Positions 9,836 through 21,039 are shown, counted from the stretch's first letter. The stretch: 64,000 nucleotides of DNA from Minisyncoccota bacterium (GCA_035510575.1 DATKGV010000004.1:6839-70838), one strand, 5' to 3'. Program-made: numbers and translations. Notes: a model not told the origin generated them from the letters alone.

Positions 9836-10078
9836 TCAACCTTGTCTTTTTTCTTTTTCAATTACTTTATCAAATTCGGCAATTGTTTTTTTATATAACT
9901 CTTCAAACATAACTTTTGCAAATTCTGCTACCTCATTAGTTGGAATGCCAGATTTTTTTGCATTATTAATCACTGCACGTTTTACTTCCTTTGGTTTCAA
10001 AGGAAGACCTTCATGTTCCATTTTATCCATAAGAACAAAAAAGGCAATTTCATTAATTCTTTCTTTAGTAAGTGCCAT
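9836..10078 (-). CDS. Hypothetical protein
   Basis: 80-aa ORF with GGAGG RBS. Confidence 0.65.
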   Translation of the reverse strand: MALTKERINEIAFFVLMDKMEHEGLPLKPKEVKRAVINNAKKSGIPTNEVAEFAKVMFEELYKKTIAEFDKVIEKEKRQG

Positions 10079-10208
10079 AACACCTCCGTTTTTAATAAGA
10101 ACAACATTATTCTCGTCTTCATATTATCATAAATATAACACTATGTCAAGTATTTTCTCGGTAGATAAACCCTTGTTTTTGAAGGCTTTTAATGTTAATA
10201 TCTCTCAC

Positions 10209-10880
10209 ATGCAAACATTAACCGCAACAAAGCGAAGTAAGGCAGAAAAGCTTGAAACCATGCGAAATAACGGCATGATTCCGGGCGTTGTCTATGGCGC
10301 TCGCGTGGAAAATACTCCAATTTCCGTGCCGAGTGTTCTCTTCGGCAAAGTATTAAAAGAAGCTGGCGAATCAAGTACAATCGTACTTGATCTAGCAAAT
10401 AAAAAAATTGATGTTCTTATTCACGATGTACAAGTTGATCCAGTAAAAGGTCAACCTATTCATGTGGATTTTCTAGCTATCGATATGAACAAATCAATTC
10501 AAGTTAAAGTTCCAGTTGAATTTATCGGGATCGCGCCGGGCGAGAAGAGCGGTCTGGGCGTTCTTGTGAAAGTTCTTCATGAAATAACGATTGAAGCTCT
10601 CCCTAAAGATCTTCCTCATTCAGTAACTGTTGATATATCGACGCTTGTTAATCTTAATGATCAGGTTCACGTCAAAGATATTAAGTTTCCAAAAGGAGTA
10701 ACTGCCATTACCGGTGGAGACGAAGTTGTCGGCCTCTTAGCGGCTGTTAAAGAGGAAGTCGTAGAAGAAGTCGCCGCGCCAGTTGATCTTTCTGCTATTG
10801 AAGTAGAGAAGAAAGGCAAACAAGAAGAAGAAAATCCTGTTGGAGAAGAAAAAGGTGAAGATAACTCAACAAAGAAATAA
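10209..10880 (+). CDS. rplY: 50S ribosomal protein L25/Ctc
   Basis: R..GMIPGVVYG, DVQVDPV..PIHVDF, ALPKDLP motifs. Confidence 0.95.
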   Translation: MQTLTATKRSKAEKLETMRNNGMIPGVVYGARVENTPISVPSVLFGKVLKEAGESSTIVLDLANKKIDVLIHDVQVDPVKGQPIHVDFLAIDMNKSIQVKVPVEFIGIAPGEKSGLGVLVKVLHEITIEALPKDLPHSVTVDISTLVNLNDQVHVKDIKFPKGVTAITGGDEVVGLLAAVKEEVVEEVAAPVDLSAIEVEKKGKQEEENPVGEEKGEDNSTKK

Positions 10881-10933
10881 TGGTAATTAATTATCATTAT
10901 TTTCTGTTTGCTAATATGTTATAATGCGAATAT

Positions 10934-12289
10934 ATGAATCATCGCATTCAATATTTTTTTTCTTTCATTCTGGCAAGCGCTATGATTTTTTACGGATTTT
11001 TATCCGCTATTTTGCCGGCGCAAGCCGACCAATTAAGCAATGCTCAAGCCGATAAAGCGCAGCTTGAATCCGAATTATCCGTATTAGAACAAGAAATAGC
11101 TCAAAAACAGCAAGAACTTAATGCACAGAAAGGGCAGTCCGTCTCTCTTTCGCGCGATATAGCGATATTAACGACGCAAATTAAAAAAGCTCAACTTGAT
11201 ATAAAAGCAAAAAATCTTATTATAAAAAAGCTCGGCGGAGAAATAACTCAAAAGAACACTCAAATCCAAACTCTTCAGAATAAAATAGAAACTGAAAAGG
11301 AGTCGCTTGCCCAATTAATACGCAAAGACAGGGAAATTGATAATCAGTCGATAATAACTCTAGTATTATCGCAGGAAACTATTTCAGACGCTTATGGCGA
11401 TATAGAGGCCTTTGCTTCGCTGAAACAGGAAATAAAGAAATCGGTTGATGAAATTAACGGCATAAAAAATGAAACTGAATCCGAAAAGCAAACATTGGAA
11501 GTGCAGAAAAACCAGCAAACCGACGCTAAAGTCCAGCTTGAAGAGGCGCAGCAGCAGGTTAAATTGAATGAAGTGCAAAAACAGCAATTATTATCGATAA
11601 GCAAAGATAAAGAAAAACAATACCAACAAATTCTCGCAGATAAAGCGGCGCGCCGAGCGCAAATACTAGCCATGCTGTTCAATCTTCGCGATGTGTCGGC
11701 AATTCCATTCGGTCAAGCCCTAGATTATGCAAATGCCGCTTCAAAAATCACAAATGTAACTCCTGCATTCATTCTTGCAATTATCACTCAAGAAAGCAAT
11801 CTTGGAACAGATCAAGGATCTTGCTATTTAACAAATATGAATACTGGCGCCGGAGTAAGCTCAAAGTCCGGAAATATTGTCGCTAATGTGATGAAACCGG
11901 ATCGCGATATTGGCCCATTTACAGAAATTACTTCATCCTTGGGGCGCGATCCTCTTAAAACATTAGTGTCTTGCCCAATAGGCGGATATGGTTATGGAGG
12001 AGCTATGGGTCCCGCGCAATTTATACCGTCAACGTGGAAAGGTATGATTAATAAAATCGAGAATTATCTAGGAATATCTATCGCGGATCCATGGAATCCT
12101 AGAGACGCAATTATGGCTTCAGCGCTTTTCCTTTCAGATCTTGGGGCGTCAGGTGACAGTTACACGTCTGAAATAAGAGCTGCTTGCAAGTATTATGGCT
12201 CTGGCGGTTCCACTTGTTCTTATGGCAGACAGGTAGTGGCGAAGATGCAAAATATTCAAACTAATATGATAGATCCGTTGCAAAATTAA
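10934..12289 (+). CDS. Secreted coiled-coil protein with C-terminal lytic transglycosylase domain
   Basis: Signal peptide, long coiled coil, AIITQES and GAMGPAQFIPSTW motifs. Confidence 0.85.
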   Translation: MNHRIQYFFSFILASAMIFYGFLSAILPAQADQLSNAQADKAQLESELSVLEQEIAQKQQELNAQKGQSVSLSRDIAILTTQIKKAQLDIKAKNLIIKKLGGEITQKNTQIQTLQNKIETEKESLAQLIRKDREIDNQSIITLVLSQETISDAYGDIEAFASLKQEIKKSVDEINGIKNETESEKQTLEVQKNQQTDAKVQLEEAQQQVKLNEVQKQQLLSISKDKEKQYQQILADKAARRAQILAMLFNLRDVSAIPFGQALDYANAASKITNVTPAFILAIITQESNLGTDQGSCYLTNMNTGAGVSSKSGNIVANVMKPDRDIGPFTEITSSLGRDPLKTLVSCPIGGYGYGGAMGPAQFIPSTWKGMINKIENYLGISIADPWNPRDAIMASALFLSDLGASGDSYTSEIRAACKYYGSGGSTCSYGRQVVAKMQNIQTNMIDPLQN

Positions 12290-12315
12290 TAATATCGTGA
12301 TATTATGAGCGCTAT

Positions 12316-12534
12316 ATGAAAAAAGATATACATCCAAAATATAACAATAATTCCAAAGTTACCTGCGCATGCGGAGCGACTTTTCCTGTGGGCTCAACAA
12401 TGGATAAAATAGAAGTTGAAATTTGCAGCCAATGCCATCCGTTCTATACAGGCAATGAGAAGGTCTTAGATGCCGCCGGACGCGTTGACAGATTCAAGAA
12501 GCGCGCCGCATTATCTAGCAAGAAAAAGAAATAA
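12316..12534 (+). CDS. rpmE: 50S ribosomal protein L31
   Basis: [32 protein letters not shown]. Confidence 0.97.
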   Translation: MKKDIHPKYNNNSKVTCACGATFPVGSTMDKIEVEICSQCHPFYTGNEKVLDAAGRVDRFKKRAALSSKKKK

Positions 12535-12597
12535 ATTAATGAAGCAAGAAACTAGTTATGAAAAGCTAGTTTTTTGTTTTTGTAATATAATATAAAG

Positions 12598-13569
12598 ATG
12601 AATTTAGATTTGGAACAATTGAAGAAAGATCATAAAACAAGCTATTTCGCCGAAGAATATGAACGGCTTGCCAATGAAGAAAAGAAAGTAAATGCCATGG
12701 TGGCGCAGGACGAGAGTTTGCGCGATTTGGCAGACGAAGAACTGCAAAATATCCGTTTCCAGAAAGAAGCGATAGAACGGCAGTTGGAAGAAATAATGAA
12801 AAGCGAAAAAGAAGAAGAGGAATTCCCGAATGAAATTGTCCTCGAAATCAGAGCCGGAGCCGGAGGAGATGAGGCCTCTCTCTTTGCCTGGGAACTTGCC
12901 CATATGTATGAGCGTTTTTCCGAAGGACGAGGTTGGGCTTTTAAAACTATCAATGAATCCATAAATGATGTCGGCGGATATAAAGAAGCATCGTTTGAAA
13001 TCAGAGGCAAAGATGCCTATAAGCTTCTTCGCTATGAAACGGGAGTTCATCGAGTCCAGCGCATACCTGCCACCGAGAAAAATGGCAGAATTCACACTTC
13101 TACGGCATCAGTGGCTATCCTGCCAATACGAAAAAAAACAAAGATTGAAATTAATCCGGCTGATTTGGAATTGGAATATTCCCGTTCCGGAGGCGCTGGC
13201 GGGCAGAATGTCAATAAAGTTGAGACAGCAGTCCGCATAATTCATAAACCGACAGGCATTGATGTCCGCTCCACGTCGGAGCGCAATCAGCTTGGCAATC
13301 GCGAGAAAGCCATGGCAATCTTGATATCCAAGATACAAATGCAGAAGGACGAGGAAGAAGCCAAAAAATATTCCGCTGATCGCAAGAATCAAATCGGCAC
13401 AAGCGACAGAAGCGAAAAAATCCGCACTTATAATTTCCCGCAAGACCGCGTTACCGACCATAGGATCAAGCAATCATGGTCCAACATACCGAGCATCATG
13501 GAAGGGAACATAGGCAAGATAATAGAAGCGCTTTCATCCGGAGTAGTAGGGAATGCAGAAGAGGAATAA
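12598..13569 (+). CDS. prfA: Peptide chain release factor 1
   Basis: GAGGDEA, PAT recognition motif, GGQ motif, [18 protein letters not shown]. Confidence 0.95.
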   Translation: MNLDLEQLKKDHKTSYFAEEYERLANEEKKVNAMVAQDESLRDLADEELQNIRFQKEAIERQLEEIMKSEKEEEEFPNEIVLEIRAGAGGDEASLFAWELAHMYERFSEGRGWAFKTINESINDVGGYKEASFEIRGKDAYKLLRYETGVHRVQRIPATEKNGRIHTSTASVAILPIRKKTKIEINPADLELEYSRSGGAGGQNVNKVETAVRIIHKPTGIDVRSTSERNQLGNREKAMAILISKIQMQKDEEEAKKYSADRKNQIGTSDRSEKIRTYNFPQDRVTDHRIKQSWSNIPSIMEGNIGKIIEALSSGVVGNAEEE

Positions 13570-13590
13570 AAAACAAATATAAAAAATAAA

Positions 13591-13621
13591 AAACCAGTGA
13601 ATAAATCCACTGGGTTTTTTT
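13591..13621. terminator. Terminator hairpin
   Basis: aaaccagtg...cactgggttttttt. Confidence 0.6.
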
Positions 13622-13652
13622 ATAATTATTTTTTATTAATACCTCAAAGTAG

Positions 13653-13907
13653 TTAAAGTTTTGAAGTTAATTCTTCATAAAATTCTTTTGAAATTTGAAA
13701 AAAAGCATACATATTACCAATACAGCTTCTAGCTGTTTTAATTTCTTTTTCATTTCTTAAATTAAAAAGAATTGGTTCTTTTTGAGATTTTAAATATAAA
13801 GTTAGTAATTTATTTTTTTTACTAAATTGATATTTGTCTTTTTTTCCTTCCTCATTATTTTTATTTTCAGAAGAAATGATTTCAATTTGCTCCAAAATTT
13901 CTGCCAT
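13653..13907 (-). CDS. Hypothetical protein
   Basis: 84-aa AT-rich ORF. Confidence 0.5.
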   Translation of the reverse strand: MAEILEQIEIISSENKNNEEGKKDKYQFSKKNKLLTLYLKSQKEPILFNLRNEKEIKTARSCIGNMYAFFQISKEFYEELTSKL

Positions 13908-14063
13908 AGTATTAATGTTTTTAAGGTTAATAAATAAATATTTGTTTGTATTCTAACATGCATCAACCTCTATTGTCAAGCACTTTTTAATATTGACTTT
14001 TATGTTAATAATTATAAAATGTATCTAAATATGTAAATTTTTAATTAACTAAAAGTAACTAAT

Positions 14064-14312
14064 ATGAAAAGAAACCATTATTTAAGGAAGGTTGATCCAA
14101 AATCAACAACGAGTAATAATATTTCTGTACATAAAAAAGTAGAAATAAACCAAACTCCAATTGAACTTTTAAGTTGTCTTAATAGTTCGGTTTCTAAAAA
14201 ATCGAAGAAATTGGTATTAAATTTTACTAAATTGTCAGATTATAAAAAAAGAAAAGTAATAGGTGATATAGCTAAACATACAAGTCTACCTTTGTTGGCC
14301 CAATTGGGTTAA
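14064..14312 (+). CDS. Hypothetical basic protein
   Basis: 82-aa ORF followed by the hairpin aggccagc...gctggcct. Confidence 0.5.
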   Translation: MKRNHYLRKVDPKSTTSNNISVHKKVEINQTPIELLSCLNSSVSKKSKKLVLNFTKLSDYKKRKVIGDIAKHTSLPLLAQLG

Positions 14313-14450
14313 AACTAAAAAAATATTAAGTTAAATAATAATAAGGCCAGCTATTTATAATACTGCTGGCCTATAATTTTTCTATTCTAACGTCGCAAAA
14401 GATATATTGTACGACATTCATATATAATATATAAAGATACTTCCCTTTAA

Positions 14451-14564
14451 TTAATGACTATTAAAATATGATGCTGTGCGATTATATGCATTCCAGATAT
14501 CATTTCTTACTATAAAAAGAGATAAAGCGACAAATATTATTACAAAGATATAAAATAATTTCAT
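14451..14564 (-). CDS. Small membrane protein (hypothetical)
   Basis: MKLFYIFVIIFVALSLFIV..., starts just after the upstream stop codon. Confidence 0.35.
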   Translation of the reverse strand: MKLFYIFVIIFVALSLFIVRNDIWNAYNRTASYFNSH

Positions 14565-14568
14565 ATGT

Positions 14569-14958
14569 TTATTTGCAAGATGTTGATAATGTATAACCTG
14601 ACTTCTCTGCCTCCACTGCTGTATTAAACCATACTTCATTCTTCTGTGCTATCCTCTTGGCACCTGCACACGTTGGCGTGTAATATAGTTTACCATTTTT
14701 TGAGGCAACATAATTTTTACCAGATTGAATAATATTACTTGTATTACTATTAGTAGATAAAGATGCGCTGGCTAATTCATTATTTTGCGTTATTGTAATA
14801 CCTAAATTATCGTCTTTTGATAAATTATTTTGAACAGATATACGACCGAGCCCAAAAGCCGATATTCCTACTCCTATAATCACCAAAGAATACATAATTG
14901 TAACTTTGTCAACATTAATACTACCCTTGATTTTATTAAGAAAATAATTTATACTCAT
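14569..14958 (-). CDS. Membrane-anchored protein with Ada-like metal-binding C-terminal domain
   Basis: TM helix, then YVASKNGKLYY...C...I...N.VWF....AE..GY...C. Confidence 0.7.
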   Translation of the reverse strand: MSINYFLNKIKGSINVDKVTIMYSLVIIGVGISAFGLGRISVQNNLSKDDNLGITITQNNELASASLSTNSNTSNIIQSGKNYVASKNGKLYYTPTCAGAKRIAQKNEVWFNTAVEAEKSGYTLSTSCK

Positions 14959-15051
14959 ACGAGCTTAATTATAAATCATTTGTTGATAGTTTGGCTACTG
15001 TTGCATAAGCATAAACATAAAGTAGTCATTTTTAAATCATAATCAAAATAT

Positions 15052-15330
15052 ATGGCACATCGAAAAGCCGGCGGTTCAGCCAAAAACTTAACAGATTCAA
15101 AGCCAAAGTACCTAGGTACTAAGCTTTATGACGGTGAAAAGGCAAATGCTGGATCAATTATAGTCCGCCAACGCGGCACAAAGATTCTTCCCGGCAAAAA
15201 TGTCGGTTTGGGCAAAGATCATACCCTCTTTTCTTTGGCGTCCGGAACAGTAAAATACGGCACAAAAAGAAAAATTGATTTCAATAGAACATCATCAATC
15301 AAGAAGATAGTTCATGTTATTGAGCTATAA
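15052..15330 (+). CDS. rpmA: 50S ribosomal protein L27
   Basis: [24 protein letters not shown]. Confidence 0.97.
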   Translation: MAHRKAGGSAKNLTDSKPKYLGTKLYDGEKANAGSIIVRQRGTKILPGKNVGLGKDHTLFSLASGTVKYGTKRKIDFNRTSSIKKIVHVIEL

Positions 15331-15757
15331 TAATCACATTGCACTTCCCTTGCCTATTCCCTTTCTTTATCGTAATAGTGTGATTTCCTAAATTCTTAAT
15401 ATGATCAACTTTTATGTCATGCTCGTCTATTTCTATTCCAGACGATTCCTTAATAGCTTCCATTACATCATGAACACTGACTGCCTTAAATAAATGACCT
15501 TTTTCATTTGCTTTAGCTTTTATAATTACAGTTTTATTATCTACAGAAGCAATTAATTCATTAAAAGATTTTATTTCATCTTCTCTTTTTTTATTCATCT
15601 GGGCTTTTATTGAAGCTAAATGAGCCAATGCTTGCGGAGTTGCAAGCTCCGCCAGTCCCTTGGCAAGAAGCACATTTTGAGCATATCCTTCCTTGAAATC
15701 TTTAATATCATGCTTGTTGCCAACTTTTGGTACATCAGTAAGTAAAATAACTTTCAT
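15317..15757 (-). CDS. rplI: 50S ribosomal protein L9
   Basis: [20 protein letters not shown] motifs. Confidence 0.93.
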   Translation of the reverse strand: MKVILLTDVPKVGNKHDIKDFKEGYAQNVLLAKGLAELATPQALAHLASIKAQMNKKREDEIKSFNELIASVDNKTVIIKAKANEKGHLFKAVSVHDVMEAIKESSGIEIDEHDIKVDHIKNLGNHTITIKKGNRQGKCNVIIIAQ

Positions 15758-15763
15758 AAACAA

Positions 15764-16993
15764 TTAAGGATTAGCTGTTAATATTTCTACTGCTTTATCC
15801 ATCTGAGGATCGCGATGAGCTGCGATATCTTTATCTGTAATGCTTACTTTCACGTCAGGAGTAAGCCCATGCAAAGATATAGATGTGCCATTCGGAGTAA
15901 GCCATTTGGCTACTGTAACTTTAAGTGAAGTCGTATCAGTTATATTCAACAACTCTTGCACCGAACCTTTGCCAAAGGTCTGTTCACCAACAAGAGTGCC
16001 AATACCATGCTCTTGCAGAGCGCCAGCAAGAATCTCAGAAGCCGATGCAGATCCGCCGTCAACCAGAACTATCAGCTTAAGATTATCATTAAATAGCCGA
16101 GGTCCATGGCTACGATAAACTTCAGGCTTGCGATTGCCGCCAAAATCCTCGCTGACTATCACTTTACCTTCGTCTATAAACCAAGAACCAATATTCACGG
16201 CAGAATCTAAATATCCTCCGGGATTGCCGCGCAAATCGATTATAAGCTTGTGCGAGCCAGAATTAGCGAATTTAATAAGCGCGTCTTTAAACATATTATC
16301 TGAATTAAGAGAGAAACTGTAGAATTTAATGACAAATATATTGTCTTTGAGCACTTCGGTGTCTATGGTCGGGATATCTATATTGGCGCGCGTAATTTTG
16401 AAGTCGCGGGTGGCATTTTCATTAGGACGAACGATCGTCAAAGTGACAACCGTGCCTACAGGACCGCGGATCAAACTAATGGCTTTGTCGATAGTCATGC
16501 TGCTGGCATCTGTATTATCTATTTTTAAAATTTTATCGCCTTTTTTTATGCCTGAGTTCCAAGCTGGCGTATCTTTAAGCGGAGCGATAATAGTCAGAAC
16601 TTTATCCTTCATCCCGATTTCAGCGCCGATTCCGCCGAAAGAGCCCCTTATTTCATCATTAAATGCCTTATTTTCTTCAGGCGGAAAGAATACCGAGTAA
16701 GGATCGCCTAAAGAAGACACCAGGCCTGATATGGCGCCCCATACCCTGTCCTGATCGGTAGTACTGCCGGCATAAATTGATTTTTCATTTATTAGGTTCC
16801 AGACCTTCCAAAATGAATTAAAATCGACAGCAGTCGTGATTCCCGATTGAGGATTTTTATTAATTACAGAAAATACCTTGTCTATCTCAGGCCGATTGTT
16901 ATATCCGACATAGGCGCCGGCGCCAAAGACCGCGCTTAGAAGGATCAGCGAGGCAATTACATAAATAGAAGTTTTAATGATATTTCTTTTCAT
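15764..16993 (-). CDS. Carboxyl-terminal processing protease (S41, PDZ domain)
   Basis: DPYS, GIGAE, IDLRGNPGG, SASASEI, TFGKGSVQ motifs. Confidence 0.93.
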   Translation of the reverse strand: MKRNIIKTSIYVIASLILLSAVFGAGAYVGYNNRPEIDKVFSVINKNPQSGITTAVDFNSFWKVWNLINEKSIYAGSTTDQDRVWGAISGLVSSLGDPYSVFFPPEENKAFNDEIRGSFGGIGAEIGMKDKVLTIIAPLKDTPAWNSGIKKGDKILKIDNTDASSMTIDKAISLIRGPVGTVVTLTIVRPNENATRDFKITRANIDIPTIDTEVLKDNIFVIKFYSFSLNSDNMFKDALIKFANSGSHKLIIDLRGNPGGYLDSAVNIGSWFIDEGKVIVSEDFGGNRKPEVYRSHGPRLFNDNLKLIVLVDGGSASASEILAGALQEHGIGTLVGEQTFGKGSVQELLNITDTTSLKVTVAKWLTPNGTSISLHGLTPDVKVSITDKDIAAHRDPQMDKAVEILTANP

Positions 16994-17014
16994 TCTGATT
17001 TCATTATTGCAAAA

Positions 17015-18262
17015 TTAATTCATAGTTTCAAGTTCTAAAGCCGAAGGGGTATATTTGTTATTAGGATCCCATAACATCCAAGAAGAAAGCCCATTATCAT
17101 AAACAGCTTTTATTTCAGCGCGCACCATGCCTTCATTATAAATTGCGCCTAAATTAAAATCTTGCAGCCATGGACGAATTTTATTTATATCCTGATTTAA
17201 CGCTTTTGTCCGAGTTATTGCGCTAATAAGCGCCGTATTGATGATCTCATACGGATACAAAGCCGGATTTTTGTATCCATCTTTTCCCGGCGCATAATGC
17301 GACGGATATACCATCGGGCAAATATAATCAAAATAAGGAATTGTTTTTTCCCAAATTTGACCTATGCCCATGTCATCTGTCGCCTCCGTAGTTAAGCCGA
17401 AAAGATCGGCTGAGATGGGAATATTTTTATCTTTCTTTACTTCCTGCGAAAGATATTTGAAAAAATCTTCAATATTATCCGAGCGCGTTTTGCCCGGCGC
17501 CAAATTATAATTTATATCTTTCATATCACCATCCGAGGGATATCTGATATAATCAAAATTTATTTCATCAAATCCGCTGTCATAAGCGCCTAGCGCGATA
17601 TCCACGATATACTTATCCACTTCCTTATTTGTCGGATCAAGATAAGATAATCCTTTTTTGTCTTTCCATACTCCCCCGTCGCTTTTCCTGGTTATGGACC
17701 ATTCGGGCTTTATTTTAGTCATATATGGATCTTGAAATGAAGCGATGCGCCCGATGACATATATATTTTTCTTATGAAGCTCTGATATTAGTGCGCGAAT
17801 GTCAGGAATGCGCCTTTCAATGCTGCCATATTTCTGAATTTCCGGATTGGCAATATAAAAAGAAATGCGCCCCGTTGAATCCTTGATATCTATAACAACG
17901 GCATTAAGTTCCGTATCATCAACAAGTTTGATTATAGGATCGCGATATTTCACGGATCCAGCCACCCAAGCGGACATATACACGGCTTTTACATGCTCTG
18001 GAGTTTCAATATGGGTAATCGGTATCTGCAAATCGGATTCTTGAGCCGAGATAGGAACCATAACAATATCCGTCGGTTTTTCATTTTGCGCAATATTACT
18101 ATCAGGTGTAAGAGTAGATGATGAAACGGCTAGCGGGCTATTGTATTTTATTTCAGTGAAGAATATCGGCGATATGAAATAAACAATAACCCCACATATT
18201 ACAAATGTGAGGCCGCCGAATAAAAATTTTTTTTTATTATTGAAAATGAATGACATATTCAT
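17015..18262 (-). CDS. Putative glycoside hydrolase (DUF4015-like)
   Basis: NAVVIDIKD, GFDEINFDYIRYP, PMVYPSHY, RPWLQDF motifs. Confidence 0.8.
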   Translation of the reverse strand: MNMSFIFNNKKKFLFGGLTFVICGVIVYFISPIFFTEIKYNSPLAVSSSTLTPDSNIAQNEKPTDIVMVPISAQESDLQIPITHIETPEHVKAVYMSAWVAGSVKYRDPIIKLVDDTELNAVVIDIKDSTGRISFYIANPEIQKYGSIERRIPDIRALISELHKKNIYVIGRIASFQDPYMTKIKPEWSITRKSDGGVWKDKKGLSYLDPTNKEVDKYIVDIALGAYDSGFDEINFDYIRYPSDGDMKDINYNLAPGKTRSDNIEDFFKYLSQEVKKDKNIPISADLFGLTTEATDDMGIGQIWEKTIPYFDYICPMVYPSHYAPGKDGYKNPALYPYEIINTALISAITRTKALNQDINKIRPWLQDFNLGAIYNEGMVRAEIKAVYDNGLSSWMLWDPNNKYTPSALELETMN

Positions 18263-18478
18263 CTATACCCCATTGTTAATATTATCTACAAATGTTTGGC
18301 TATTGTCATCACTTTTCGGCAAACGGGCCTTGGCTTCTATATGAAACAAATAAGCAAGATAAATAAGGGCAAAACCGGTAATAACAAAAAATACTTCGCG
18401 CCAAGAATTAGGAAAACCCAAAAACGGCAATATGGCAACCCACAGGCCAATTAAAAACAATGTTCGTTCTTTTCTCAT
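18263..18478 (-). CDS. Small membrane protein
   Basis: Two hydrophobic segments with LPFLGFP; coupled to neighbouring genes. Confidence 0.7.
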   Translation of the reverse strand: MRKERTLFLIGLWVAILPFLGFPNSWREVFFVITGFALIYLAYLFHIEAKARLPKSDDNSQTFVDNINNGV

Positions 18479-18496
18479 ATGGCCATTATACAGCAT

Positions 18497-19186
18497 TTAT
18501 TTATGATGGACAATCACGACAAATTCACCCCTCTGCTTGTCTTTATTTTCGGAAAAATAGGAAATCATTTCTTTGGGAGTGCCCTTGATAAATTGCTCAA
18601 ATTGCTTTGTTATTTCACGGGCTACCACGACAGCGCAATCAGGCGAATACATGTCAAGCTTGGCAAAAGTTTTCATAATCCTATGAGTGGACTCATAAAA
18701 TACAACTGTTTTTTTAGAAATGGCGATTTCCTTAAATAATGTCTCTCTGCCTTTTTTATGAGGAAGAAATCCAAGAAAGACAAATTCTGAGGAAGGTATG
18801 CCGCTTGCCGAAAGAGCCGAAATAACGGCGCTTGGGCCAGGAATTGGCGTAACCTGGGCGCTTGCGCCTAATTCTTTGCGCACATTGGCAACAAGAAGGA
18901 CTCCCGGATCAGAAATGCAAGGCGTACCGGCATCAGATACCAGCGCCAGATTCTTGCCTCCTTTAAGCATATTTATGATAGAAGATTCTTTTGCAATAGT
19001 GCTATGGGCGTGATAACTTATGGTTTTTGTCTTTATGTCATATCTATCGAGCAGTTTTTTGGTAGTCAGAGTATCTTCGCATAATATATAATCAACTTCT
19101 TTTAGAATGCGAAGCGCTCGAAGAGTGATATCTTCAAGATTGCCTATAGGAGTCGCAACTATATATAAAGTGCCTATATTATTCAT
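18497..19186 (-). CDS. rsmI: 16S rRNA C1402 2'-O-methyltransferase
   Basis: LYIVATPIGNLEDIT, VSDAGTPCISDPG, RGEFV motifs. Confidence 0.95.
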   Translation of the reverse strand: MNNIGTLYIVATPIGNLEDITLRALRILKEVDYILCEDTLTTKKLLDRYDIKTKTISYHAHSTIAKESSIINMLKGGKNLALVSDAGTPCISDPGVLLVANVRKELGASAQVTPIPGPSAVISALSASGIPSSEFVFLGFLPHKKGRETLFKEIAISKKTVVFYESTHRIMKTFAKLDMYSPDCAVVVAREITKQFEQFIKGTPKEMISYFSENKDKQRGEFVVIVHHK

Positions 19187-20202
19187 ATCTGTCCGTTTTT
19201 AGTCCACAAAGCCGAAACAGATTCGCCGTTATGGAGATTATCAATAGTTTGAGCTATGAGCTTGGCAACGGAGATAAATACAATGCTTTTCCCCGCTTTT
19301 TGAACAGCCGACACGAAGTCATTACCGACAGGAACCGTATCGGTAACCCACACAGATGAGAATTCAGATTGAATTATATTTTCAACAGTTTCCTCGCTAA
19401 AATCCGCATGAGTCGCAATCGCGCAATAATTCACGATTTGAGTTTGCTCTTTATGGAGAGCATCGCCGGCTTGGCGAAGCGTGGTAAAAGTTGAAATCAA
19501 ATCATCAACGAATATGACCGTATCTATATTTTCCGAAATATCGCCCTGGGTATAGACCTTCATGGCTCTGGTCTTGCCGGTTCTGGGGTCTCTGTCTTTG
19601 TCGGTAATAATTAGCGGCACCCTGAGTTCTTCGGCAATCTTGCGGGAATATTTTGATCCGCCCATATCGCCGGAAGCGACGGCAACATTTGAAAGGTCTG
19701 AGAACTTAGATCTTATATTCTCAATAATAAGTTTCGTAGTGTCAACATTTTCCATTGGCGGATTGCTCGTGCAACTGGCCGGATTATGAAGCTTGCAGAC
19801 AACCATGCGATCAACTCCCGCGGTCTTAAGCAGTTCCGGGAAAAAGTCGCTTAGCTTGGGCTGCCTTAATTCTCGATTTTCTACATCTTGCCTCTGATGA
19901 AGAAGCTTAGGCATCACTGCAGTTATCTTGTGCGGCTGGCCATGCTTCACGGCTCTGGCAAAACGCAAATAATCCACAATCCATTTGTCTGTTTCTCCCC
20001 CATTTAAGCTGGTAAAAATTATGTAGACATCCTTGCCTCGCACAGTTATATTCTGATGAGAAATTCTTTCGCCATTTGGGAAAGATTTAGTCGTATGCGG
20101 AGATAAAGGAACTTCAAGTAATTTGGCGATTTCTTCGCCCAATCTAGTATTACTGCCATAAACAAATATCTGCTTTGGGTAAGGGTTTAGATTATTTATC
20201 AT
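19183..20202 (-). CDS. prs: Ribose-phosphate pyrophosphokinase (divergent)
   Basis: FPNGE, VRGKDVYI, RQD, DDLIST, ATHA, VTDT, SVSALW motifs. Confidence 0.85.
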   Translation of the reverse strand: MINNLNPYPKQIFVYGSNTRLGEEIAKLLEVPLSPHTTKSFPNGERISHQNITVRGKDVYIIFTSLNGGETDKWIVDYLRFARAVKHGQPHKITAVMPKLLHQRQDVENRELRQPKLSDFFPELLKTAGVDRMVVCKLHNPASCTSNPPMENVDTTKLIIENIRSKFSDLSNVAVASGDMGGSKYSRKIAEELRVPLIITDKDRDPRTGKTRAMKVYTQGDISENIDTVIFVDDLISTFTTLRQAGDALHKEQTQIVNYCAIATHADFSEETVENIIQSEFSSVWVTDTVPVGNDFVSAVQKAGKSIVFISVAKLIAQTIDNLHNGESVSALWTKNGQI

Positions 20203-20319
20203 AGTATAGGTGAATTATCAATCAATCAGGGTGATAAGTCAAATATATGGCACCTGTGGCATGGACATGTATCTGTTTGAGATAAGAGTGAAGTAAAAAA
20301 TTATATTAATTTTCCTTTC

Positions 20320-20348
20320 TTGACACAAATAAATAGTTATGCTATTAT
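20320..20348 (+). promoter_or_regulatory. Sigma70-like promoter
   Basis: TTGACA-17 nt-TATTAT with extended TG. Confidence 0.55.
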
Positions 20349-20381
20349 CTAATAAAATATTTATAATTTAAATATATAATT

Positions 20382-20675
20382 ATGATTTATAAAAATCTTA
20401 TAAGAGAAATGGGATTAACTCAGAGTTATATGATTTTATTAGGTGCAACTGTCGATTTCCAAAAGGCATTTTATGAAAAAGCTGCAGCAATTATAAATGC
20501 AGTATGTAAAGAATTAAGAATAACACAAAAAGAAATTCTTAATTCCGAGCTATTCAAAAAAGCTAGTACAGATGACAGTGTACAATTTAATAGTGAGGAA
20601 GTAGAAAAAGCGTACACTGATTTTAAGATCTGGTATGAAAAAAATGTAGTTAATTGTTATGAAGCGTCACAATAG
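20382..20675 (+). CDS. Hypothetical protein
   Basis: 97-aa ORF with its own promoter and a downstream hairpin. Confidence 0.6.
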   Translation: MIYKNLIREMGLTQSYMILLGATVDFQKAFYEKAAAIINAVCKELRITQKEILNSELFKKASTDDSVQFNSEEVEKAYTDFKIWYEKNVVNCYEASQ

Positions 20676-20718
20676 GCGCTTCATTTTTTTGTTTAAATAA
20701 TGAAGCTTACAACATTTG

Positions 20719-20790
20719 TGACCTCACTGGGAATCGCACCCAGCTTCCAAGCTTGAGAAGCTTGTGTCCTAACTGATAGACGATGAGGCC
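20719..20790 (-). tRNA. tRNA-Glu(CTC)
   Basis: Acceptor GGCCTCA/TGAGGTC; anticodon arm CAAGC-TT CTC AA-GCTTG; T arm CTGGG-TGCGATT-CCCAG. Confidence 0.92.
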
Positions 20791-21032
20791 AATATTTTTA
20801 TTTTATTTTTTATATACTTTCTACCAAAACCACTTTTGAAATATTTTTCTTTTTTCCTCGCATCCTGTATGTTATCCGTATTTTCATAATAAATCAATTC
20901 AAAAGGTGCTCTAGACCTTGTTGATCTTACTGTTTTATTATTATGATTTTCTAATCTTTTCTCAAGATTATTAGTAAACCCATAATATAGCTTATTATCT
21001 ATTTTACTTTTTATAACGTATACAAAGTACAT
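20769..21032 (-). CDS. Small GIY-YIG endonuclease; its stop codon lies inside tRNA-Glu
   Basis: YFVYVIKS...LYYGFTNNLEKRL..HN...T....PFELIYYE......A...E...KSG.GR pattern. Confidence 0.9.
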   Translation of the reverse strand: MYFVYVIKSKIDNKLYYGFTNNLEKRLENHNNKTVRSTRSRAPFELIYYENTDNIQDARKKEKYFKSGFGRKYIKNKIKILASSSIS

Positions 21033-21039
21033 ATTTTGA